Notes: generated by a model from the letters alone, not told the origin. 63,203 nt of DNA, filler included, from Dimorphilus gyrociliatus (GCA_904063045.1; 6 parts of 6 records of this genome joined end to end with filler, not necessarily neighbours in it); one strand, 5' to 3'; numbered from the whole stretch's first letter, positions 35,481-49,733 are shown. Numbers and translations: made by a program.

Positions 35481-37559
35481 TAATACAAGTTTAAACCTAT
35501 ATATTTCAGTATAGCTTAGAATTTTACTAGTTGGTAGGATAAATTTTTTATTTTTTATATAGTACATATGTGTGAAGAATGATCCTAAAATGAAGTCCAA
35601 AATCCCTAATAATAGCCATTCCCCTTAGATTTACTCGAGATCTGTTTCTAGATATTATCTATTAATTTATGTTCATGCTTATAACAAAATCCGCTACACT
35701 GTTCGGCCTTCCATTGATCTATCTCTAATGGTCTTACAATATAAGACCATTAATACAAACCTATTGTGAGAAAATAGAAATTTTCACTTTTTGTAAAAAC
35801 AAAAAAATATCACATTTAATCTTATTTTATCTGTTTAATGTTTTATTTAGATTTCTCTATATTTTACAACAGAAATTAGAAAAAATATTTTTAATATTCT
35901 CATTAAAGGCATAAATAGTTCTAATAACGTAGTTTTTTACAATAGAATCATTTGTGTCATGGGGCTTTTACTATACACTAGTGATGTTTATACTTAAAGT
36001 ACATTGTCTGTAGGATTTGAAGTCTAGCGTGTATGGAGAAAGCCACTGAATATAATGTTATTTCGTATATGAATACTTTGATTGTTTTGATTATGTATAT
36101 TTAAGTTTTATCTATTATTAAAAGAGTGTCTTTTATAAAGCTTAAGCGAGCATACAACTTTTTATAAATTCACCTAACTAATCGGGACTGAATGATGCGC
36201 CAGCAATTGTATAATAGAGTATGCCAGTTACGTGGAACAATACACAAAAGGATATGTTTCGTCCTCTGTATGTTGTACAGGCTCGACAGTATCCTGGTTC
36301 GCTGAAAAATATCCGTTATTTTTTATCTTCTGTTAAAAAATAGGCGGCGAAAACTTGTCACAGCCAATAAAAGCCTACTTTTGTCTTTATCATTAAATTA
36401 AAATTGGGGATTTGAAACAAGTGTTTTAATTTATTTAGCTTCTACTTTTTTTGAATTAAAAAACTATTTTTCTTTTAATTTTTAAAGTCTTTTAATGATT
36501 TCATATCGTGATTAGTAATATTTAATATATTGTTATATATACCTTCTTTTTGTTCAATTTATGTATTTTTATGTTATAATTTTATTCTAATTGAATAAAA
36601 TAGTCTAATTAATAGTAAAACAATCATTTATATTATGCTTTCGATAAAAAATTATCTTTTTATATTACTTTGTTATATTTTTATGGTAAGCAATCAATTA
36701 TTTATAAAATTGCATTTTAACATGGGAAGTATGAATATGTGCATGAAATATAAACATTCATGAAAGATTTCAAACATACAAACACACAAAGAGATAAAAA
36801 ATGCTTTTATATAAAGGTTATAATTATACACAGCATAAATCTGAACAAAAGCTAGAAAAGTTAGATCTAATGAAGTGTAGAAATAGAATATGTAAAACTA
36901 AAGTTTGAGCGAGAAATAACTCACAAGTGCAAATTTTATCAGACCTTGCCACCTAGAAGATAATGGAAACCATAATGCTCATTTTAATAAAAAAGCTTAA
37001 AGGAATGGCTATTTTCAGTGATTGCGAGCTCGATAAATGCCTAGCAAATATAACTAAAGACTTAATGAAAATTGAATTGAGAAAGCCTAAAGTATAAAAA
37101 GCTTAAGGGATGTATTCATGAGACAGAAAAAAAAATTTAAAAGTTGGTGCGGAATAGTGCTTATTTTTCAACAAAAAAGCAATAACAGGAGAGATTTGAT
37201 TCAAAAGCCCGTTACAATTTATGAAAATGAATAAATTGCTTTTTTTGCACTGGCAGCGTGAAGTCAGAAAGAAATCAAAACTATTATCTGTTGGTATACA
37301 TTCAAATCTGCGCCTAAAAAAAATAACATGCTTTTTATGATACACAGATATGATTTTGATTCAATTTTTCCATGCATTTTTATTATATGTAAATCAAAAG
37401 CAAAAGTCAGTTATCAGCTTAGGGGTAGGTATCTCTTTAAAATTAGGCTGTCAAATCGCGAATAATCGTTGCATACATCAATATTCAGCTCTAATGAAGT
37501 TCTTGTGTCCTTGGATGCCAGACAAACTTCAGTATAGCACATGAGGGTCAATTCCAGGT

Positions 37560-38400
37560 ATAGCTATTTATTTAAAAACGTCCTTATGCGAGAATTATTA
37601 AATCATAAGTCTAAAATCTTTTTAAATTCTGAAGATGCAATAATCTTTTTATTAATTAGAAACATAATAAGAAGCGAAATTAATTGTGAACAGTGTGGGT
37701 CTATTAGAGAACTCAAAGAAAGAAACTCCACTAAAAAAAATTATATTTTTATTCGTGTAGACTAAAAAGATGTAGGAGCAGGAAATCATTAATGGAATAT
37801 TCTATATTCAAAAAGACAAGGTTGGAGATAAATGACCGACTAGGCGTGCTATATTGTTATCTTTTAAACATGGCAAATTATCAAATAATTAACCTACTTG
37901 ATAGATCAGAAAAGACTCTCATTTCATATAAAAAAGTTTAGCGCTTAGCAGAAATTATCGTATTTTCTAGTAGAAAGATAGACGGGATCAGAAAACTGTA
38001 CAATTAGATGAATAGTTTTGACAGGCTCCGACGTGATAAGGCCACCAAGTTGCTTTGATGACAAAAAAGGGATTTCGTGTGACTTTTTGGTGGAATCGAA
38101 GAAGGTAAACCAGAAAATTTTTTTATGTATCGTTCCTGATCGTAAATCTTGATGCATTGACTAGGTATATAAGTGCAAAAGTTAATATGAGAACACACAT
38201 TACAACTTATGCTTATCCATCATATCCTTCTCCTGTTGCACAATCTAGATGTTAACATTCAATTGAAAAACTTGATGAAGGTTTTGAGTATGCTGAAGGA
38301 CAACATACTAACAATAAAGAAAATCCTTGGTCCGCCCCTAGAGGCGAAATAAGAAAAAGGCAAGGTGTTCAATTTAGCAATAATAATGAGTTTTTATTTG
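37560..38400 (+). mobile_element. Degenerate Merlin (IS1016/ISXO2-like) transposase
   Basis: Zinc-ribbon INCEQCG, TVQLDE, FGGIEE, IVPDRKS, HTNNKENPWS. Many stops and frameshifts. Confidence 0.75.
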
Positions 38401-38769
38401 GAAGGGGGCTTAAAAAAACCTTATTCAATATATGTGAAAAATATCAATCCAATTTTTATAAGAATGTTACAAATTTTATTTGAAGTTTAATTTATAGGGA
38501 GGAGCCCGATAAATTTGGGATTTTCCAAGGATGGGTAAAATATTAAAAAATATAATTTTTTTACAAGCAAAGTGGGATTTTTTCGATCAAATTAAGATTT
38601 TTTTCAAATAATTAAATTTCTTTGTATAGTTTTAATTTTTTGTAAAAATAAAGAAGAATAAAAAATATATTTATATAAAAAGAGATTTTTAACAAAAAAT
38701 TGAAGAAAGATTTATTCTAATATTTCTTCTTCTGCTTTGCAGCATGGGGATAGCCTAACATGTTTCTAA

Positions 38770-39541
38770 AAAAGCCATTACAATTTGACTTTGTAATAAT
38801 TGAGAACCCTTGTTCTATATAACTTAGTAAAGAACTTGTATCAATAGACCTTGACCTTCTTACATAACTTTGCATTTTAAGAAAGCATTCTCAATAATGT
38901 TTAAAAAGGAAGAATAAGGTAATAAACAAGAACTTAGAGTTCTATATCTATAATAGTTTGCTTTAAAGGTGTATAGTGGTGAATCTTTGTATTATCCATT
39001 ATAAATGTCGGGTTATTTATACCAGAATCTCTTCGAACCTCTACTAATCTTAACATAAAGCTTTTAAACCCTCACCATTTATAGAATCTCTTTTTAGTTC
39101 ATAAATTAGACCTTTTCTGGTGTTATTGTAGAAATAATACTATGATTGATACTTCTCACAGATTTTACTTGACTATATGCTGAAGTTTCTACTTTATATC
39201 TTCCCCTTTTTACTCTCATCTATAAAGAAAATCCCACTTCGTCTAGAAAAATAAATGAGCCAAATTTATGTAATGCTAAACGATTAGTAACCTCATTTTC
39301 ATATATTTTTCTCTAATTTATAGTTCCTTCTGTATTTCTTGAAGCCGGAATTACAGAAAGAGTTTTTATAAAATAGTGTAGTTTTTAGAGTACTTTAATG
39401 ATAGTACTATAAGATGATTTAATCTAGAATTTTTGGTAAAGTAACTCTGATAGTTTTTTTAAAATTAGAGTTGCATCGTTATTTAATAGCTTCTCTAAAT
39501 ACTCCTTATGTTCAATGGATAGCAGACTTCTTCTATCACCG
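38770..39541 (-). mobile_element. Degenerate IS630/Tc1-like (DDE_3-type) transposase
   Basis: Reverse strand: FIFLDEVGFSL, TFIMDNTKIHHY, LPYSSFLNIIENAF. Interrupted; 5' part runs into a gap. Confidence 0.8.
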
Positions 39542-39642
39542 TNNNNNNNNNNNNNNNNNNNNNNNNNNNNNNNNNNNNNNNNNNNNTTAATTAATTAANN
39601 NNNNNNNNNNNNNNNNNNNNNNNNNNNNNNNNNNNNNNNNNN

Positions 39643-39894
39643 TGCTAAGACCTTTCCTGCTGTAACCCTTTCCTTATTTCTCTTAAGTCTCTTTACTATT
39701 CTTTTTATCCTCACTATGTCTCTTTCTGTTAGCTTCTTTGTACGACCCCTGTTCTCTTGTTGTGGTGGCTGATATCTCAAAATGTCACTAATGGTAGATG
39801 GTGCCATTCCCAAAGCCCTTGCAGTTGCCCTAATTTTTCCCAATTCTTCATATTTCTTAAATACTAGATTCCTAACCTCTTTACCCCATGCCAT
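39643..39894 (-). mobile_element. 5' part of a Tc1-like transposase, truncated by a gap
   Basis: MAWGKEVRNLVFKKYEELGKIRATARALGMAPSTISDIL..GRTKKLTERD, open up to the gap. Paralog of 841-1175. Confidence 0.75.
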
Positions 39895-40758
39895 AATTAA
39901 TTAAATATAATTTATAGTTAACTACAGTAATTAAAATAGATCAAAAGTGATTACTTAACTTGGAAAATTAGTTTGGTCAAAAATAAATTCTGTTTGGGAT
40001 GTTAATTTGAATCCAAAACCTGAAACAAAACGGATGTGGCCAAATAAAGAAAAAATTAATTAAAATTAGTAAAAATTTTTTTCCTATTAATATTCACAAA
40101 TGTACACATTTAGGCAGTTTGTAGGTACTAAACACATAAGCTTGTAACCAGGCTCACAAATTCACACAATACACCCAAATTGTTACATTTCATTCATCAA
40201 TGGAAAGCAATATTGAAAGAGTATTATAGAGTACTCTACACACCTAAAACTATAACATACACTATTTAAACTAAGTTGTAAAAGTATTTTACAACTTAGA
40301 TGTTAACCGTAATTATTATACACATCATATTTAATGAATATTAATTATATCTTCCACTATTCTATTTATATTTGGAGCTTTTAGATTATTGTCACTTTTC
40401 AACAGTATTGTATGCACAATACTATATTGGATGATTAAGTTTAATACTTTTATCCTACCAGTCCTTTACACAGAAACATATTATCTTACACAAACAATTA
40501 TTATTAATAATTTGTTGTATATTAAAACAGCATCAAGTTGACCTTTTCCTATTCTTGTGTTTTGGAATCAATCCAACTTCTATTAATAATTGTTACATCT
40601 TAGGCAACTTTCTGACCTACTAAAATAGCGAGCAAAAGTTCTCCAAGATAAAGAAAAAGTAACAAACATGGAAGTATATTTGAACTTTCCCTTTATCCAA
40701 ATTGTTACATTCGTTTGTGTGAATATTTTTATCTGTGAACTGTGAACTATTGGAAAAG

Positions 40759-40797
40759 TATATAAACCCTACGAATTTAACAGTAGTCAGTTCAGTT
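40759..40797 (+). promoter_or_regulatory. Putative LTR promoter (TATA box plus TCAGTT initiator)
   Basis: TATATAAACCCTA followed about 28-33 nt later by TCAGTT. Conserved in the diverged Gypsy-2 (45812-45850) and in Gypsy-3 (58679 onward). Confidence 0.5.
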
Positions 40798-40984
40798 TTC
40801 TAACCATTAGCTAGTTGTTCAAACTTGCTTGTTTAGAACTAGAAACTCATTTACTCAAATACATATTCTTTGAATGAAATACTGGTGTTTGTTGGTTAAT
40901 TTTTACTGGAATTACATTTATTAAGACTACTTGTGGACGAACTTGAAAGATTCTATTTGGACCAGTACTTTGGCACATTGGTAA

Positions 40985-42945
40985 ATGATTGGAGAGGACG
41001 AATTTGATAGTGATGAGCTAGGACTTCCTACAATTACAATACAACAAAGTACAAATATGGCGCAGTCGACAGCCCACAACACTTCTACAATGAATGATAT
41101 TTTGGTTTTTGAAAATGACAAGATCAGAGGCAAAGAAATAGATGAGTATCTTACTAAAATAAATGAATTAATGTTGAGAATTAAAAGTAGTGGAGCCAAG
41201 GTTGATGGTAATAGTTTTTTGAAATACCATTTGATGACTGGGGCAGCTATAATTCCTGAAGGTATGGAGAACCCTTATCCTACTCAACCAAAATTCAATA
41301 ATGATGGCATTCAAGATAATGCTTTGGAAAAGACAATTGCAAGTCTTCTAATTGATGCTAATGAGAAACCTAATACTACTTTGCTAAGACCTTTTTCTGG
41401 TAGCAAAGATACTTGGGCCTTTAAGAGGAACTTTCAAACTGCTTGTGAATTAAACCTTTGGGATACAGAGGAAAAGAGAATTCGAATGTTGAGAAAATAC
41501 ACTACTGGAAGAGCCAGAGATGTAATTGAAAGCTTACCCTCCAGGGCAACTGAAAATGAAATTTGGGATGCATTGGATGAAGAATTTAATCCAGATCCTA
41601 TGGCTTATAAAAAAGATATTGATAGATTGAGACAGTTCAATGATGAAACTGTTCAAGGTTTTGTTAGAAGAAGTAAAGAACTTGTAGAGAAATTCCTACC
41701 ATTCAAACCTACTGAGATGGTATGTGTTACTGAGAGAGTTAGAGAACTGCAACTCCTTAGTATATTCAGGAATGGTCTAAAAGGAAAAATTGTGAACCAT
41801 GTGGAAAAAGATGGAAAAATTAGCTCAATAATCCAATATATTAAATTGGCAAAAAGAGCAGAAATTTACTTTAATAATGCAAGGAGAGAAGATGAAAATG
41901 AATTCAAGCAATTCAAAAAAAGATTTGATAACAATAACAGTTATGCAAATGATAATGACCATAAATTTACACCTTTTTCTCAAAATAGGACCCATCAATA
42001 CCAAAGATCTGGAAATGAGAGAGGTACCTTCAACAGATTAATTCATGCTGAACCTGATCAACCTAATGAAAGAGAAACGTCCAAGGGTACAATGGCAATA
42101 TTTAATCTTAAAGAGGAGAAAGTTTCACATTTCAAGTGCACATCTCAAATAAAAGGAAGAGATGATTTCCAATTTCGTTTGAAGAATCATAATGGAAGAG
42201 AAGTGATTGCATTATGTGACACAGGAGCACTCATGTCATTTATCACTGAAAAAGAAATTAAATTATTGGACCAAAAATGGGTAAAGAAAGAAACCACTTC
42301 ATTACCAATAATAACTTCAGCTGATGGAAATGCTTTGAAAACTAAAGGTAAAGCAAAACTTAACATACAATTTGCTGGAAGAATAATGGAACAAGAATTC
42401 TTTATAGTGGAAAAATTGGATATGGCAATAATTTTGGGATGTGACTTCTTAAGAAAGTCTGGAGCAATAATCAACTTTGCAATTAAACAAGTTTCACTCC
42501 CATTATTTATAAGAAAAGGAGAACCTGTTAAAACTTTTCTACAAAAAAGACAAAAGGATCAAACACACAAAAGAAACCAAGGGAAACCTAACAAACTAAC
42601 TGTAGGAATGATTGGACAATATGCTCATGAACATGATGACCCATCTGAAGTGTCAGATAGTGTGGATTCAGATATGGATATTACTGAGCCAGATACTGGA
42701 TATGATATAAGTAATACTTATGGCTCAAATGAAACTTTGAGTTCTTCTGAAAATTATGATACAGAGATGAGTAATGAACCAGAGCATAACTCAGACTCAG
42801 ATTTGGATATTGTTAATGGTATAAAGTCATCTGAAGAAGAAACCAATAATATTTTTGTGTCTGACAATGATTCAATCAATATTATAGATTCATCTGAAGA
42901 AGAAAATGGCAACACAACAGATTCAGACAATGACTCAGTTATTAT
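40985..42945 (+). CDS. gag: Gag-aspartic protease polyprotein (Gypsy-1)
   Basis: Long ORF with retropepsin motifs ALCDTGA and ILGCDFL, then a D/E/S-rich spacer. The last codons (VQ*) come from the MULE-D end. Confidence 0.88.
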
Positions 42946-43048
42946 GGTGCAGTGACATTTCGACCCACTTTGGGACATTTCTGCCCAAAATATTTCACCC
43001 CATGTTGGAAAAATAACAAGAAAAAACATGTAATTTTCAATTGCAGTT

Positions 43049-43081
<33 letters not shown>

Positions 43082-44978
43082 AATCATTCAAAAAATTTGA
43101 AACATTTTCATATTACCAGTTTTCTTTTTTTCAAAAGTATATTTTACTATTTTTTGCAATTTCCTTTTCCTGTTGTGAAAAAAGTAGAGGGTATATTTGT
43201 TTTCTTGCATTTCATCCTAGTTTTGATAGAAACCACAGCATGAATTTGAAAAATTGTTGGAAGTGTGGATTGAGGTTCCACTGGACTCAAAGAAAATTCA
43301 GATGCAAGTTGTGCAGACATTTTTATCATGCAAAATGTTCAAAAAGTAAGTGTATTCTATTAAACTTTCCAATGTTTAATGCTATATCATTTATATATTA
43401 AGATACAGATTATTGCTCTGATTGCCATGATGTCAGGAGAAGACAATTATTTATTAAATTGAAGAAAATAGATAATTATCATCAGAGTGAAATTCTTCAA
43501 GAAAGTGATATTGATATGGAATCTTCAATGGATTATGCAAGTGAAAGCAACACAAATCAGGTAATTTCAATGCTTAAAAAATATTAATATCTCACTCTAA
43601 ATTATTTTTGACAGCTGAGACTCTCTTTTGACTTTAATTCAACTGAATCATCAAATATTGAAAAAGAGGCGAATCTTCCTGATAATAGGCAAGATATGAG
43701 AGATATGAAAGTTGACATCAGTGATGAAACTTCATTTGAGATGGATCAGCAGTGTAACATTATGGAAACTGAAACAGATGAATTCAAAATTGTTGTTGGT
43801 GGAAGTACCAAAGGTAAAGACTTACTTCTACACAAAAATTGTTCATATTCCATGAAAAGAAAAACTGAGAGTTCAATTACCTGGAGATGTACTCAAAGAT
43901 ATGCTAAAAATCCTTGTCCTGCATACATAATACAAAAAGGATCAAATTTCATTGTAAAAAATGGAAACCATCTTCATAAGTTGTATAAAAATCTGGAAAA
44001 TGTTCTTCAATCAAGAATGGATTTGAAAGAAATGGCAAATTGTGACAATGACAAAACTGGTAAAAGAATAGCAGAAGATATCATTCTTAAATTTAAAGAT
44101 AATATTGAAGACTTACCAGAATTAGAATCACTAAGAAGAAAAGCTTCCAGATATAAAGAGAATGGTTCAGACAGAAAACGTCCACAACAGAAAATGTCCA
44201 CAAAAGACAGAAAACGTCCACAAAATTAAAACAATGAAAAAATAGGTGAAAAAATCAAAAAAAAACCTTTTTCTTTTGAAAACTTTATAGAAAAGTGTTA
44301 ATTTTATATGTATAATTAATTATATTTTCAAAAAAAGGTGACTTTGATAGTTAAACTAACCCTGACAGAAAACGTCCACAAAGAGACAGAAAACGTCCAC
44401 AAAGAGACAGAAAATGTCCACAAAGAGACAGAAAACGTCCACAAAGGGACAGAAAACGTCCACAAAGTGACAGAAAATGCCCACAAAAAAACAAAATATT
44501 TACAAAGTGATAAAAAGCTTTTAGATATCTCTTCATAGTAGTAAAAAGATTTTTAATTCACTCTTTTGATAAAATAAAAAAATTTATGATCCCCAGCAAA
44601 AACAGGTATTGTTGGAAATCTTCTGCTTTGAAAATAGAAAAGATCAACTTCCTTTTCTATTTTCACTCAGCAGAGGTAAGAAGGAATTTTAATGAAAAGT
44701 GTTTTTTTAAGGTTAAAATGGAGTATATGTTCAAAAGCAGTCAACGATTTATTTAACATAAATTTATACTACCTTTTTTGCCTAATGTGGTGTATTTAAA
44801 TTTTTTTTTTGACTATTGTACAAACCTTTAATTACAAAGCATGATTTGTCAATAAAATTGACTGTTTGATTTCTCTTATTGAATAATGTATATACTATAG
44901 ATAATTGCTAATTTCTGGTATTTTGTTAATATAAATTATTTTCCAAGTTTTCTAGAAAACTATCCCAAGTTTAAAAAC

Positions 44979-45171
44979 ATGGATAATACATGTTATATTT
45001 GTCAAGATGAATTCATTGAAAACCAAATCAAAGGCAAATGTTGTCTTTGCTTTAAAAACTGTCATATTAAGTGTTTTAAAGGTATGAAATATCCAAAGTT
45101 TGATTTTGTCAGTTATTAATTTTTTTTCAGATGCAACCAGCACTTTGCCATTATGTTTGATGTGTTATCAA
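44979..45171 (+). CDS. 5' PHD exons of the MULE-C transposase, cut by Gypsy-2
   Basis: MDNTCYICQDEFIENQIKGKCCLCFKNCHIKCFK, phase-1 intron 45082-45130, DATSTLPLCLMC, then the LTR terminus TGTACAC at 45172. Confidence 0.8.
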
Positions 45172-48100
45172 TGTACACATACATTCGTCAGCTATATTCT
45201 ACAATAGAGAAGTAGTATTGAACCAGTATTGTACTATGCAGATAGCACTGATAAAGATAAGCAGTAGTGACCTAGTTTCGCATAGGGCAGTGCATACACA
45301 TTATGCAGTAATAAAACCTATTGAATTATATAAAGAATATTTGCTATTTGCAACCTAGCATTAATATTACAATTTATTAATCCATAAATTTATGATTTCG
45401 AACTAAAACTAGTTCAATTAATTATCAATTATGCTTAAATTCTAAGGTTAGATTATATTCACTATTCAACAGTATTGTATACACAATACTGTTCTTTTTC
45501 ACATGCATTAATCAGATATACTTCCTCCTTATATGCTGATGCTAAATTTACTAACTCAATCAATTGAATATCATTATTAAGGTAGAATATAAAAACGGTC
45601 AAATATACAATCTACATGTTTTCTTGATTGTTGGACTTGTCCTACTAAAATTGTTACATCTTATGCAACTCTCCAACCTTCGAAATTCAACTATTATTTA
45701 GAAGAGGAAAACAATAAAAACATGACCATATTTACAACTTTTCTTTGTCTTCAAATGTTACTTTTGTTTTTGTGAACATTGAAATTTGTGAACTATCAAC
45801 CCTTAAAAGAGTATATAAACCCTACGAAATTAACAGTTGATAGTTCAGTTTTCTAATCGTCAGCTAGTTGTTTAAACTAGCTTGTTTAGAACTAGAAGCT
45901 CATTTTACTCAATACATATTCTTTGGACGAAATACTGGTGTTTTGTTAATCAATTTCTACCGAAATTGCCTTTGTTAGACTATTTGTGGACGAACTTTAA
46001 AGGTTCTATTTGGACCAGTACTTTGGCAAGTTGGTAAATGATTGGAAAGGACGATTACAGTTGTGACGAACCAGAAATTCCTACAATTACAATACAACAA
46101 AGTACAAATATGGCGCAGTCGACAGCCCACAATGCTACTTCAATGAATGTTATTTTGGTTTATGAGAATGACAAAGCCAGAGCCAAGGAAGTAGATGAGT
46201 ATCTTTCAAAAATTAATGAATTAATGTTGAGAATTAAAAGTAGTGGAGCCAAAGTTGATGGTAATAGCTTTTTAAAGTACCATTTGATGACTGGGGCAGC
46301 TACAATTCCTGAAGGTATGGTTAATCCTGATCCTACTCAACCAGAATTCAGTTATAATGGCATTCAAGATAATGCTTTGGAAAAGACAATTGCAAGTCTT
46401 CTAATTGATGCTAATGAGAAACCTAATACTACTTTGCTGAGACCCTATTCTGGTAGCAAAGATACTTGGGCCTTTAAGAGGAACTTTCAAACAGCTTGTG
46501 AATTAAACCTTTGGGATACAGAAGAGAAAAGAGTTCGAATGCTGAGAAAATACACTACTGGAAGAGCCAGAGATGTTATTGAAAGTTTACCCTCCATGGC
46601 AAATGAAAATGAAATTTGGGATGCATTGGATGAAGAATTTAATCCAGATCCTATGGCTTACAAAAAAGAAATTGATAGATTGAGACAGTTCAATGATGAA
46701 ACTGTCCAAAGTTTTGTTAGAAGAAGTAAAGAACTTGTGGAAAAATTCCTACCATTCAATACTACTGAAATGGTTTGTGTTACTGAAAGAGTTAGAGAAC
46801 TTCAACTGTTAACTGTATTCAGGAATGGTCTTAAAGGAAAAATTGTTAATCATGTGGAAAAAGATGGAAAGATTAACTCAGTTAATCAGTATATTAAATT
46901 GGCAAAAAGAGCAGAAATATTTTTTGATAATGCAAGAAAAGAAAGCGAAAATGAATTCAAACAGTACAAAAGGAGATTTGACAACAATCAGAGTAACTCA
47001 AATCAAAATGAACATACATTTAAACCTTTTTCTCAAAATAGATTTCAACAACAAAGAAATGGAAATGCAGGAAATAATGAAAAAGGCAGCTTTAACAGAC
47101 TAATACATGTTGGACCTGATGAACCTAATGAAACTGAAATTTCTAAAGGAAGAATGGCAATATTTAATCTCAAAGAAGAGAAAATCGCACATTTTAAGTG
47201 TACTTCTTTGGTAAAAGGCAGAAAAGATTTCCAATTTCGAATGAAAAATCATAATGGAAGAGAGGTTATTGCTTTATGTGATTCAGGAGCACTTTTGTCA
47301 TTTATTACAGAAAAAGAAATCAGGTTAATGGATTCTAAATTCATCAAGAAAGAAACTACTGGCTTACCAATCATCACTTCAGCAGAGGGAAATGCTTTAA
47401 AGACAAAAGGAAAAACAAAACTGAATATTCAATTTAATGGAAGAATTATGGAACAAGAATTCTTTATTATGGAAAAACTAGATATGGCTATAATACTTGG
47501 TTGTGATTTCTTAGAAAATGCTGGAGCTCTTATTGATTTTGCAACAAAACAAGTTTCTCTTCCATTCTTTATCAGAAAAGGACAACCAGTTAGAAAGTTT
47601 TTGCAATATAACGAAAATCACCAAACAAAATTTGGAAAACAAGGCAGTGTAAAAAAAGTAACTGTTGGAATGATGGGACAGTATTTTGAAGATTCTGACA
47701 CTCCATCTGAAGTTTTTGATACTCCATCTGAAGTTTCAGATAGTGTGGACTCAGAAATGGAAGTTACTGATCCAGATACTGGCTATGATACAAGCAACAC
47801 TCATGGTTCAAGCATAGTTTATGAGGGATTCAATGGTTTTGATTCAAATAGCAATTATGGCACAGATGAAAGTTCCAGTACTTCTGAAAATGATTGTTAT
47901 AGACTCATACCATTCCATTACTTTGGCTATGGAATGCTGTTGTTTTAATTTTTCGTATTCCCATTGATGTCACCATTTCTGTAAAGATTTCCCCAAGAAA
48001 ATTCCTTCCTTGATCTGTGAGAATTTCTTCTGGGATACCAAATATTGGGAAATAGTTGAAAAACAAATGTTTAGAAATTTCCTCAGCTGTTTGAGTTTTT

Positions 48101-49733
48101 AGAGGGAATATGTTGGTAAATCTGGACATGTGGTCTATAATGACAAGTATATACTTGTAAGAATCATGTCCAGTCAGAGGTCCCATTATGTCCATAGCTA
48201 TTCTTTGCATTGGTAAAGTTGGGTGAGGTGTTTCAACCAACAGATGTTTGTTGCCTGGTGCTCTTAATTGCTCACAAAATTCACAACTCTTTATGTGATC
48301 TTTAATTGTTTTCTTTAGCTTTGGGTGCCAGAAAGCTTGCTCCAAAGTGTGAATTGTTATGTCTACACCATAGTGCTCAAATAGTTGATGTTGATGAATT
48401 TGTCCAAGTAAGTTGGTTAGAGTTGATAGTGGAATTACAAGTAGTGGTTGACAGCCATTTAGATACCATACAAGGTCTTCTTTTACAAACATAGATTCAA
48501 TAAAGTTTCCATATTCATTCAAAGACCCATTATCAATGTTTTCTCCTTCCAATTTGTCTACAACTTTCATTAGTGGAGTATCTAATACTTGTTCTCTATA
48601 GAAGTTTATTTCAACTGGTGTGATTTTTAGTTTCATAATCTGGGCTTGGATTTCAGTTATGTCTTCATCATAATCATTGTCTAGATTGTCATCTAAACAA
48701 TCATCTAATTCTTCTAAGTCCTCTGTATCAATATAAAAGCATTTAAGCATATCCTTTCTTTCTGCTAATTGGGGAACTGTATTGCCATTTTGTTTTTCTT
48801 CATTTAATCTTTCCTTAAGTAAATTACGAAAATCAATTACTTCATCAGTTTCACCAATTCTTGATATCCAGTCTGCTCTATTAGTTCTTCCTGGTATGTA
48901 TATTATTTCAAAATCCATATCCATAAGTGCCATCACCCATTTAACAGTACTTGTATTCAGTTTGTTTTGTACAAATGTTTGTACCAAATTTTGGTGATCA
49001 GTGTAGAGAAAAAATTTCTTATACTGTAGATAATGGGAGAATTTTTGTACTGCCCAATATACTGCAAAAGCCTCTTTTTGATAAGCTGCATATCTTAGTT
49101 GTGTATTGATTAGGAGCTTGGAAGCAAAAGAAATTGGTTTTCTTATTTTCTTTCCATCTTCTTCCCATTCTTGTTCTAGAACTGCACCAACTGCATAATT
49201 AGAAGCATCTGTTGTTAAATAGAATGATTTAGTAAAGTCTGGCAGTTGAAGGATTGGGGGCTCTGTCATTGCATTCCTTAGTGTTTCATAAGCTTCCTCT
49301 GCTTTTTTTGTCCATTTCAGTTTTTCTGTCTTTTGGTGTACTTTTAATAATTCTCTCAAAGGTTTTGTGATTTTTGCAAAATCTTTAACAAATCTTCTAT
49401 AATAACCACAAAATGCCACAAAACTCAACAGAGTATTTGCAAACATAGGTAATTTGGCATCTTTTATTTTTTGAATCTTTTCAGGATCAGTTTCAATGCC
49501 ATTCTGTGTAATTCTATGACCAAGGAATTGAACTGATTCTTGTAAGAATGCACATTTGCTCAGTTTAATTCTGAAGTCTTTTTCCTTGATTCTTTCCATA
49601 AGTTTCTGTAGAGCTACAAAGTGTTCTTCCAATGTTTTGGTAAAAACTATAATATCATCCATATAATTAATGCAGAAGTTTTCCAATCCATTAATAACAA
49701 AATTTGCCATGATATAGCTGAAGTGTGAAGGTG
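45172..49733 (+). mobile_element. Gypsy-2: rearranged Ty3/Gypsy retrotransposon nested in MULE-C
   Basis: TGTACACAT terminus, leader homologous to Gypsy-1, gag-PR on the + strand, pol fragment on the - strand, no 3' LTR. Confidence 0.85.
46038..47900 (+). CDS. gag: Gag-aspartic protease polyprotein (Gypsy-2)
   Basis: Diverged paralog of Gypsy-1 gag-PR (ALCDSGA, ILGCDFL, acidic spacer). The last residues of the ORF read through antisense integrase sequence. Confidence 0.88.

Larger units (their letters stand above)
40101..42945 (+). mobile_element. Gypsy-1: 5' LTR/leader plus gag-protease of a Ty3/Gypsy-type retrotransposon, cut by MULE-D
   Basis: Starts TGTACAC exactly where identity with 58021 onward begins. 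About 880-bp noncoding leader, then the gag-PR ORF. Confidence 0.88.

Noticed and set aside
40878-41000. Candidate primer-binding sites (TGGTGTTT.., TGGTAAATG..)
   Set aside because: The reverse complements do not give a recognisable tRNA T-loop/acceptor, and without a 3' LTR the LTR end cannot be fixed.
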